The position numbers were made by a program, and so were the translations under genes. Source: Macrostomum lignano (taxonomy: Eukaryota). Taken from it: a stretch of 64,000 nt of DNA. Position 1 is the stretch's first letter; every line of letters starts with the position of its first letter. Location of the stretch: NCBI GenBank assembly GCA_002269645.1, contig NIVC01003121.1:1-64000 (forward strand), in the 5' to 3' direction. The notes below the pieces were generated by a model. It saw only the letters and a list, made by a program, of their open reading frames with translations, made no database searches and had not been told where the DNA came from. Positions 23,691 to 33,634 of the stretch are shown here, one piece after another.

Positions 23691-24296
23691 CTGCCCAGAA
23701 AAGTGCAGATTTTCCGAAAGATGTCAGTTGAACACCTGCACAGAATGTACGCTCGTATTGCAGGCTCGTACAATTTAAGCACTGGCCTGAGGCTTTGACG
23801 AGAATTATAAAGTGTCTCGGAATCACGCGCAGCCCTGCACGCTACGTAAGAGCTGGAATTATAGATGAGGCACCGCACGGATCCCTGATTTTAATTGCCT
23901 TCATCTGCGAGATGGAGATCCGCAAATCCACCAGAGACTTCGCAAGATACCCGGTTGCATACAGTAAAATTTGAGTCGCAAATCCAATTCCACTTGAGCC
24001 AGGCATGAGGACTGGCTGAGCTGGGGTTGGTAATGAAATTGCTCAGTCACGTGATAGCAGGTGGGCACTGGAAGAGCCAGTGCTGGATAGTCACTCGCGC
24101 ACATCAGCCCCTCAAAAAGTGGGGCAAGGGAGCCGGTGTACATTTACTCAGTTTAACAAGCCCCACCCCACCTGTACTCACCGCTCCAACTTGGAGGCAG
24201 GCAAGAAAGGAGAGAGAGAGAGTGTGTATGCGTGTGTATAGAAGCCAGACCGCTAGAAGCCACCCAGGCAAAAGCAACACTCAAGCAAGCCAGGAA

Positions 24297-26502
24297 ATGT
24301 CAAAGAAGCATCTGGAACACGCACTGCAGGCTGGGCACAGAATCTCGGCCGGGCAGCCGCATCACCAGCCCCGGGGTCCCGTCCGGCTGGAGGCTGGGCC
24401 GTCCATCGCCGGCTCCCCAGAGGACGAAGGCCTGTTCGCCCTCTGCTACGTTGACGGCGACCGTCGGCTGGTGCTGGGCACCGGCTCCGAAGGAATTCGC
24501 TGCCTGGCGGCTGACTTCGCGGCGGGCGGCGAGGCGGCCGTTCTGGCCGAGGCGGTGACGGTGAAGCAGAACCAGCCATTTGGCGGGCTGGCGGTGGCCT
24601 GCGTGCGCGGGGTGAGGGCGGGCGATTGCGGGACTCGATGAGCTTCGGGCTGTAATATGCTGTAATTTGCTGCGACGATGCTGTAATGATGCTGTGATGA
24701 TGCTGTAATTTGCTGCGACGATGCTGTGATGATGCTGTAATTTGCTGCGACGATGCTGTAATGATGCCGTGATGATGCTGTAATTTGCTGCGACGATGCT
24801 GTAATGATGCTGTGATGATGCTGTAATTTGCTGCGACGATGCTGTAATGATGCTGTGATGATGCTGTAATGACTCTGTAATGGTGATGTAATATGCTGTA
24901 ATGGTGATGTAATATGCTGTAATGGTGCTGTAATATGCTGTAATGATGCTGTAATATGCTGCAATAATGCTGTAATATGCTGTAATATGCTGTAATGATG
25001 CTGTAATATGCTGCAATAATGCTGTAATATGCTGTAATGATGCTGTAATATGCTGCAATAATGCTGTAATATGCTGTAATGATGCTGTAATATGCTGCAA
25101 TAATGCTGTAATATGCTGTAATGATGCTGTAATATGCTGTAACATGCTGTAATGATGCTGATGCTGTGATGATGCTGTCATAAAATGGCATTTCCCGCAG
25201 ATCCGCAGCCACCCCGACGTCATCCTGGCCGCCGCCACTTCCGGCTACGTTTACAAGGCCGACTGGAGCAGCCCGGGCTTCAGCACCGTCGTCACCGAGC
25301 GGGGCAACCATCTGTCAGCAGTGGACACCTCGGACGAGCACCTGGCCACGGTTGGCTCGGACTGCAGCGTCCGAGTTTACGACCTGCGCACCTGCCAGCC
25401 CGTCCGGCAGTACAGCGGTTACCGGGATCTCGACCCCGACTGTCCCGAAGGCCACGCCACTCGCCTGTTCGCCGCCAGGTTCAACGCCGACGGCCTTCTG
25501 CTGACCTCCGGCTGGGACGACTGCGTCAAGTTTTGGGACCTCCGCCTGGCCAGCGGCGACCCCGTCAGGCGCCTGTCCGGGCCGCACATCTGCTGTCCAG
25601 ACGGGCTCGACGTGAAAGGCGACCGCGTGCTCACTGGTGAGCTACGGTCTCTCAGAGTCTGCGATTGGGGATTCCCGAGTCTGCGATTGGGGATTCCCGA
25701 GTCTGCGATTGGGGATTCCCGAGTCTGCGATTGGGGATTCCCGAGTCTGCGATTGGGGATTCCCGAGTCTGCGATTGGGGATTCCCGAGTCTGCGATTGG
25801 GGATTCCCAGAGTCTGCGATTGGGGATTCCCGAGTCTGCGATTGGGGATTCCCGAATCTGCGATTGGGGATTCCCCAAGTCTGCGACTGGGGATTTCCCC
25901 AGTTTACGACTAGGATTCCCAGAGTTTACGACTGGGAATTCCCCACTTACCGACTTTGCGACTGGGGATTCCCCACTCCCCGAGTTTGTGACTGGGGGAT
26001 TCTCCGAGTCTGCGGCTGGGGATTCCCGAGTCACTGTTAGGGATTCCTGACTCTGGTTAAATTCCTCGAGTCTTTGAGTGAAATTCACGCAGTCTTTGGC
26101 AGGGTTTCTCGAATATTTGATTGTGAACATGGGATTACCCACTCTCTGATTTGCCTGTGCTGGCAGCCCTGAAACCATGCCAACCATTCGCTCCGCAGGC
26201 TCCTACCGCGCCGGCTCGGCTCTACAGCTTTGGGACGCCAGGCAGTGCGAGGCCCCCTCACCAGCTGGCCAGCCGACCACGTCTACTGCGCCCGGTTCAC
26301 CGCCAAATCCACCGTGGCCTCGGCCGGCGCTCTCAGCCGCTGCCTGACTGTATGGCCCGCCGCGGTGACCAGCGAGACGTCGCCGGAGCCGCTGGCCCGG
26401 CTGGAGCTGGACTCGGCGGTGTACAGCATGGCCGCGGCTGAGGATGGACGGCTGGCCGTCGGGTGCCGCAGCGGGAGGCTGCAGCTGGCGAGACTGCGGT
26501 GA
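24297..26502 (+). CDS. WD40-repeat protein (~351 aa); exons 24297-24611, 25201-25636, 26199-26502
   Basis: WD motifs LATVGSDCSVRVYDLRT, GHATRLFAARF...SGWDDCVKFWDLR, GPHIC and LQLWDA; GT-AG introns; a 1-C deletion at ~26255 is intact in the mirror copy. Confidence 0.85.
24650..25180. repeat. Intronic 10-11-bp repeat TGCTGTAAT(G)A with GCTGCGACGAT variants (mirror ~41835-42400)
   Basis: Fills WD40 intron 1. Confidence 0.9.
25650..26040. repeat. Intronic 22-23-bp minisatellite GATTCCCGAGTCTGCGATTGGG (mirror ~41070-41365); related array at 26630-26850 (mirror ~40255-40480)
   Basis: Tandem units in WD40 intron 2 and downstream of the gene. Confidence 0.92.
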
Positions 26503-27347
26503 TCGGAGAGACCAGCAGATGAAGTTTGTCTTCAATCGGCACATGCTTGAGTTTACCGTGATTGACTGTTTGGATTTCCGAGTCGGATTTTTATTTCTAA
26601 AAGCAGAGACTTTTTGGTATTCCCTTTGTCTGCGATTGTGGATTCCCTCGTCTGCGACCCGGGATTCCCTCGTCTGCGACCCGGGATTCCCTCGTCTGCG
26701 ATTAAGAATTCCCTAGTCTGCGATTGGGGATTCCCTCGTCTGCGATTAGGTATTCCCTAGTCTGCGATCGGGGATTCCCTTGTCTGCGATTGGGGATTCC
26801 CTCGTCTGCGATTGGGGATTCCCTCGCCTGCGATTGGGGATTCCCGAGTTTGTGATTTTGGTACGCTCGTTGGGAAGATTGAATAGCTACATCGTATTGA
26901 ATAGCTAAGCTATTCAATACGATGAAACACAGCAGTTTCAGGACTGTGGGGACAAAAGTCTCACGAATGCTTACAAATTTCGGTCTGCCATATTTTTAGA
27001 CAACTGGCTTCTCGTCCGTCCTTTAGCTCACTCGCCTCACTTATCCTGCTGTTTCCGCAGGATGAATTCAAATTCAAATGCCAATCCAATATTCCTTCCA
27101 GTCTAAATTAACCATGCAGGAATTCATGTATTTTCACGAATTCTCATTTCGTTTTAACATTTGACTTCAATTATTTTCAATCGAGAAAAATAAAATTTTA
27201 TTTACAAGTGTAATTTTAGCTCACTGTTGTCCGATATTTACTGCTTTGAAAATCTTCTAATAGGTTGAAAGTAGTATGAACCCTTGGCACTTAGAGTCCA
27301 GTTTGAGTTCAATTTCTGTAACCTGTGAACTCGATATCTAAAACCGC

Positions 27348-27552
27348 TGGTTGCACTGGTCAGTGACCGGTGATTGCACTGGTCAGTGATCGGTGATTGC
27401 ACTGGTCAGTAACCGGTGATTGCACTGGTCAGTGACCGGTGATTGCACTGGTCAGTGACCGGTGATTGCACTGGTCAGTAACCGGTGATTGCACTGGTCA
27501 GTGACCGGTGATTGCACTGGTCAGTGACCGGTGATTGCAATGGTCAGTAACC
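27348..27552. repeat. 23-bp minisatellite GCACTGGTCAGT(G/A)ACCGGTGATT (mirror ~39330-39695, longer)
   Basis: About 9 units on the left versus about 15 on the right. Confidence 0.93.
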
Positions 27553-27759
27553 AGGGATCCCGCTGTTAAACCATAAAACCCCTAGCTTGTATAGTACAAT
27601 ATGCGGCAGTGCTACAGACTGTTAGCTCATGCTTCAAACCAAGATCTACTCAGAGGCCGCACCTGTCCCGTAATTATGAGCGCATTCTCATGGATCCGCT
27701 CCTCTCTCTGGACGTCTTCTGTGATAGAGAGGCTACCAAAACTACCTCTTCAACTCATC

Positions 27760-28800
27760 GATGCCGCCATCATGGCGCTGTATCAGGACACCACCGCCGC
27801 GGTAGCGACGCTAGACGGACCGTCGGACCTGTTTAGCACGACGTCCGGAGTGCTGCAGGGTGACACTCTGGCGCCCTTTCTCTTCGTGCTGGTGATGGAC
27901 TGGGTGCTCAGGACCGGCCTGCCGACATCAGAGGACGGCTTTCTGCTGCAAAGGCGCACCAGTAGACGGCACCCGGAGAAGAAACTGTCTGTCCTTGGCT
28001 ACGCGGACGACCTCGCCCTGCTGTCTTCGACGGCCGAAGGCGCCCAACGGCTGCTGGACGGCCTGACTGCGGCGGCGGCGAGGGTCGGTCTCGTCTTCAA
28101 CGCCAGGAAGACCGAGGTGCCGACGGTGCTGCATGATCTACCCGCCGAGATTCGACTTCAAGACGGCGACGGCCCCGGGACGGCGCTCCCGAAGTGCCTT
28201 CAGTTCGTCTACCTCGGCGGACTGGTGCCGGACGTCGGCGACGACCTAGCGAGACGGCGCGGCAAGGCCTGAGCTGCCTTCCGATCTATGCGGGCGTTGC
28301 TGCTCTCCGAGGCTCTGTCCGACGGCGCCAGGTCCCAGCTGTTCCAGGCGGTTGTTGAGACCGCCCTGCTGTACAATGCTGAGACCTGGACGCTGACCGG
28401 GGCGCTTGGGGCGCAGCTCGATGCGGCGCATGCGGCCCTAGTCCGCGCCGCTTTCGGCGCCCGCCGCGGCCCTGGTAGCGAGACAACCGAGTCCCTGTAC
28501 AAGCGCACAGGCCTGACGCGGCCTTCTGCCCTGCTGAGTCAGCGGCGTCTGCGGCTTGCCGGACATGTCATCCGGGCCGAAGCCTACTGCCCAGAGCCGC
28601 TGCAGGACGTCCTGCTGTGGACCCCGCAGGGACCGCGCAGGCGTGGCCAGGGACGATCAGCCCGCTACGTCGACCGCCTTTTTGAAGATGCGCGAGCACC
28701 CAGCCAGGCGGCCGGGTGTGAAGCACGTTAGAGACCTAACTCTGAAACGCGCGATTTGACGCTCCCCCCTCTTGGCCACTCCCGTGGCTATTATTATTAT
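27760..28800 (+). mobile_element. 5'-truncated non-LTR retrotransposon (RTE-like reverse transcriptase) with (TAT)n tail
   Basis: GVLQGDTLAPFLF and YADD motifs, RTE-like C-terminus RLRLAGHVIR, TATTATTATTAT at 28789-28800; in-frame TGA at 28270-28272; no endonuclease domain. The 5' boundary is approximate. Confidence 0.88.
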
Positions 28801-29507
28801 GCTGGCATCAACTCCAAACCTTATGTCCTTAACAACTGCGATCGCCCCACCATAACCTTCACCAGCATCCCAACCTCATGAAGCCGTGAAAGACCACTGG
28901 GCTCTGTAGTAAACCCAACAACGTCCTCATCAACGACAGCCCTGCAACTACTCGTAAGAAAGTCGACTCGAGAAATGACAATGTGAAACGGTAGAATAGA
29001 AATCTGACCTTCGAAAATAATCATTTTTTACGACTTGGACAGACAACTTGCATGATGGCCGTGATGGCCAACTGCAGCTTCAAAGCAACTCAAAGCTTTC
29101 TAGTCAGAGAAAGTCTCTTGGAGTCACCTCACTGAGTCACTACCTGCACAGTTGAAAATTCACACGGCGCACCGATAGTCGCTGCTAATGCCAGATAAAG
29201 CAGCGCAAGGCATAGCATACCCTTGAAAAAACTTTCTAAAATTTTAATGAATTTCAATGCTACTGAGTCACTGCTGTGGTCACCCGCTGGGGTCACCTGT
29301 GATCGGGCATGAAACTGACTCGGAAAGCAAAAAGAAGGCAGCTCGTGATATCGGCCTACTTGAAAGGGGTGTGGTATCGGGTGGACAACAACATTGGTAT
29401 AAAAAAACTAAATTGCTGGGTGAAAAAAATGAGCAAGCGCGATTGAGCACGAAAGTGACGAAATTGACGAGTGCAGTAGTGCCAACTAAACCAACGGCGA
29501 ACAACAA

Positions 29508-31205
29508 ATGGCGAAAGCAAAGTTCTTCTTAGCGAGCATTCTGCTTGGCAGTCTTCTGGCTACGGTTTGCAAAAGCTTTCCGGATGGCGATTTCATCAAG
29601 CTGCTGCCGGAGACTCGACCGCAGCCAGGGCAGAGCTCCGACCCGAGCCACTGGGCCAAGATAGCCAAGCAGGACCTGCAGACCGCTACTGACGTCTTGC
29701 GCCAGACCAAGGAGAACAGAGCGAAGAACGCCATTCTCTTCCTCGGAGACGGCATGGGAGTGCCTTCGATCACTGTGGGACGCATCCTCAAAGGTCAGCT
29801 CGCAGGAAACAGCGGCGAAGAGGAGATACTGGAGTTCGAGAGGTTCCCACACACTGGTCTTTCAAAGACGTACAACACGGACATGCAGACTCCGGACAGC
29901 GCCGGGACGGCCACCGCCTTCCTGTGCGGCGTGAAGGCCAAGTCTGGAACCATGGGAGTGAACGAGCAGGTAATTAGTCGCAACTGCACTTCCCAGCTCA
30001 AAGAGCGCAACGTGATGTCGTTTCTGAATGAGGCTCAGCAGCTCGGCAAGTCGGTCGGCATCGTCACCACCACAAGGATCACTCACGCGACTCCGGGAGC
30101 TGCGTACTCGCACACGGCTTCAAGGGACTGGGAGGACGACACGGAAAGGAACAGCGACGTGCCGAATGTTAATGAGCGTTCGATGTGCCCGGACATTGCC
30201 GAGCAGCTGGTTGAGTACGCCATCAACTATACCGTCATATTCGGAGGCGGTCGGCTGAAGTTTCTACCAAAGAACGAAATAACAATCGATCCCATTACTG
30301 GAAGAAACGTCAGCGGAAGCCGAAGCGACTCGGTAAACCTCATCAACAAATGGAAGCAGCGACAGGAAGGCTATGGACGTCGTCCGGTCTACCTGGAGAC
30401 TCGCAAGGAGCTGCAAGACACTCCGACGGATCCCAACGCTGCATACTTTGGACTGTTCGCAATGAGCCATCTTCGCTACGACCTGGACAACCAAAAGGAT
30501 GGGAAGGAGCCGACTCTGGAGGAGATGACGAGAAAGGCGATTGAGATTTTGAGTCAGAACCCGAACGGGTTCGCTCTGCTTGTCGAAGGAGGTCGAATTG
30601 ATCACGGCCATCATGAAAACTTGGCGCAGAAGTCGATGCACGATCTTTTGGCGTTCGAAAAGGCCATCAAGGCGGCTGGCGAGTTGACGAAACCGGATGA
30701 CACATTGACAATTGTGACAGCCGACCACAGTCACGTGTTCTCCATCGGAGGCTGGGGTCGCAGAGGCCAGCCAATCTTCGGCAAGGTGAAGTTCTCCTAT
30801 TTCAATAGGTTCAACAGCAAGGGCGAAGCGCTCGGCTTCGACGATCTTCCTTACACACCCCTGTTCTACGGCGACGGGCCCGGCGCACCGGTCGGTCGGC
30901 CCGGGCGAACATCACGGATGTTGACACGAGCAGGAAAACTACAAGCAGCAAGCTGTTGTGAATTTTCCAATCGAATCGCACGCCGCAGAGGACGTCCCCA
31001 TCTACGCTCGGGTCCCGGGTCGCACCTGTTCCACGCTACCCATGAGCAGTCGTACATTGCTCATGTCATCAAGTATTCGCTCTGCGTCGGCTCGTACAGG
31101 GCGGAGAACTACTGCCTGAGCAGTTCAGTGGGTTTTGTCTCTCCTTCGATTCCCGCCACACTGCTGCTGTCGGTTGTGGCGGCTTTGATTGGCAGATTCT
31201 GCTAA
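29508..31205 (+). CDS. ALP: Alkaline phosphatase (metazoan type), intronless, signal peptide and GPI-type C-terminus; three 1-bp deletions at ~30900-31011
   Basis: LFLGDGMG, TPDSAGTATAFLCGVK (catalytic Ser), VEGGRIDHGHH and TADHSH motifs; a ~37-aa segment is out of frame relative to the mirror copy. Confidence 0.95.
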   Translation: MAKAKFFLASILLGSLLATVCKSFPDGDFIKLLPETRPQPGQSSDPSHWAKIAKQDLQTATDVLRQTKENRAKNAILFLGDGMGVPSITVGRILKGQLAGNSGEEEILEFERFPHTGLSKTYNTDMQTPDSAGTATAFLCGVKAKSGTMGVNEQVISRNCTSQLKERNVMSFLNEAQQLGKSVGIVTTTRITHATPGAAYSHTASRDWEDDTERNSDVPNVNERSMCPDIAEQLVEYAINYTVIFGGGRLKFLPKNEITIDPITGRNVSGSRSDSVNLINKWKQRQEGYGRRPVYLETRKELQDTPTDPNAAYFGLFAMSHLRYDLDNQKDGKEPTLEEMTRKAIEILSQNPNGFALLVEGGRIDHGHHENLAQKSMHDLLAFEKAIKAAGELTKPDDTLTIVTADHSHVFSIGGWGRRGQPIFGKVKFSYFNRFNSKGEALGFDDLPYTPLFYGDGPGAPVGRPGRTSRMLTRAGKLQAASCCEFSNRIARRRGRPHLRSGPGSHLFHATHEQSYIAHVIKYSLCVGSYRAENYCLSSSVGFVSPSIPATLLLSVVAALIGRFC

Positions 31206-33592
31206 TTCTTACCTGTAGAACCCGTTCCAGCTAATGTCACACGGCGAAAGCTGCTACAGTTTTCAGGTTCAACTTGGGTAACTACTTTATCTGGTTTTTA
31301 GATCTGGTAGCGGCGTTTCAAATTTTCTTGAGTCGGAGACCATTGTTCAAGTGACACGTTAAATCCCTTACATACCTTCAAGTATAACTACGTGTTCCTA
31401 TTTGGTCTGCAAGTAATTTTGAGTAAATCATTTCAAGGAAAATTTAACTTTGTAGTGAAAAACTACGCAACAATAGTTATCTCTGCAAAGCTCCTTCATT
31501 CGTATTGTTTTGTATTGCAGTCTGGCTAGTGTAAAATGGTTTGCAAAATTTTTCTTAAAAAACTCCCTAACTTCTACTTACAGTAGCTGCTTATGAGACG
31601 CTTGTAAAATTAAATAAAGTCGGTAGCTTTTCTGTAGTGACTTAGTTTGTGTTGTGTGGGGTGCTGGGGGGTTGTTGCGTACACTTTACCATCCGTGCTA
31701 TGCTTTAACTCTCTCCTTCGTTTGCTCTTTTGTGCGAAACGCGCGTGACTAATATGTCTACTAAATGCTATTTCGATAAACACATGTAATGGACGATTTT
31801 ATCATGCTATCGCTAAGCATCGTTCTGCGACACAAACTAAGTGAAGTCTTTACATTTTTCATCACTATTTTCAACTGTTTTAATAAATAAAATGCAAGCG
31901 TATGTTTGAAGGACCTTGCGTATTTTTGCTCCTTGCCATTCTGCGCAATTTTCACATTAAATTGGGACAATTTAATTTGGACAATTTTCGGGACAATTGT
32001 TAATCCCATTTCGCAGTTCTGAACTGTGAAAAGAGATGCAAGGCACAAGTTAGCATTAGCATTGCAAACACACACAACAAGGCAGACCGAGTGCAAAAGC
32101 CGGGGCCGAATTGAAAAGGTTGAACCAATCGTGAATTTTAGGCGAATTTCTCTGCTGCTGTCATTGAGAGCTACGTGAGAGTCCACGCAAACTTAACTGA
32201 CATTTTTGGTTAGTCTTAAAGACTCAAGAAGGCGCTGATCGGAGTTGAGGCTCGAGAAGTGCAGAAAATTGAAGTTCCTAACTGCATTTTGTTCATCCCA
32301 TGCTGGTCTGTGGCTTTTTATTCCTTGTTAATCGACCTCCAAGTAAACCATGCTAGACTTATGAGCGCATTGAAGTCAGGAAGGTGAGGTGAAATGCCAA
32401 ACAGTGCGAAGTGGTGGTTGCTGCACCACAAACAGTGCCTCTACAGTTTCGGTTGAGAAAAAATCCCTACACAAAAACCAAACCAGGCCGGTTACGCAAC
32501 CAATTCAACAAGCGTTCAGAATAATTGGCCTTAAATCAACTCTGTCCAAAGAATTGGCATTCGCTAAGTCAGGGAGTTATTCGCCTCATTTGGTATGCTG
32601 CATTTTGATATTCAGCTCGTGCTAACTAAGGTTTAGAATTCCAGCTCGTGCGATCACGGGACAAGAGAGGTTCTGGAAGCGATAATTAGTACGTTGATTA
32701 TCAACAGATGTTGTTGGAACCGGAAATGCCTCAGTAGAGTGGCCAGCAATTTTAAGTGCAGTATTTCGCCTCTGCTACTCCATGTGTACGCGAATGGAGT
32801 AAATTTTTATACCTTTAACTCATACCAGAAACTCGATAACAGACGAATTCTCTACCTATAGCGGAGACCTACACGACGGCATGAAGCAGCGCAAGTTACC
32901 AACTTTACACCCTAGCAGCGTGCGCGTCTTAAGCTAGTCTTTCTTTGCAGGTAAGAACAGCATTGACGCATGTAGCTGCACATGCAGAATAAATATTAAC
33001 GTATTATCATTTCAATCTACACAGACAGTAGAATATCTGCAAAGTAGCAAAGAGTCGCTTTAGCCGTCATGAAAATTGCCAACAACTCCGACATTTCGCT
33101 TCAACATTCCGGGGCTCTAAGCTACTCCAAAAGCTTTCCAGTTAAAAACCAAACCTTGAATGCCTGAAAAAACAGCAAATCGCCGCACTGCAATGTAAAT
33201 TGCATTTATTTTTTCAGCTTTTGCTTGCCAGTGCGAGGTCCCCCCCCCGAAATTCGCGGGAACCGCAAGTCACGAACGCCAATAGGCCTTTCTGCAGCCT
33301 GTCACCTCGGGTTTATGATTCAGGCGGACCATTTCGGTGCACGATAAATTTATTCAGCCTACAAATTCGATAAACATAGGCTGAAGACCCAGGGAAAGAC
33401 GGGCACTGCGCGTCCAGCGGATGCTTGGTTTAGCTTTGGCAAAGCGTACAGTCTTATCAACGGCGCACAGATGCGACGCCGGTCAGTCAAGGACTTCCAG
33501 ATCGGGCAACATCTGGATTGGAGCGGGCATCAATTCTGAATAATCGTTACGTATTTTTCAGAGGCAAGCTGTTTGTGTTAGAGTTAAATGCA

Positions 33593-33634
33593 NNNNNNNN
33601 NNNNNNNNNNNNNNNNNNNNNNNNNNNNNNNNNN
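33593..33634. other. Assembly gap (42 N) at the symmetry centre
   Basis: Ns in the sequence; the right contig begins at the complement of the poly-C run at ~33240-33248. Confidence 0.99.

Noticed and set aside
27601-27760. N-terminal extension of the RT ORF, and TCAACTC as a possible TSD
   Set aside because: This stretch shows no RT similarity and is probably flank read-through; the 7-mer is not adjacent to the tail.
33353-33385. 9-bp stem-loop TTCAGCCTA...TAGGCTGAA in the spacer
   Set aside because: Several such stems are expected by chance in 64 kb.
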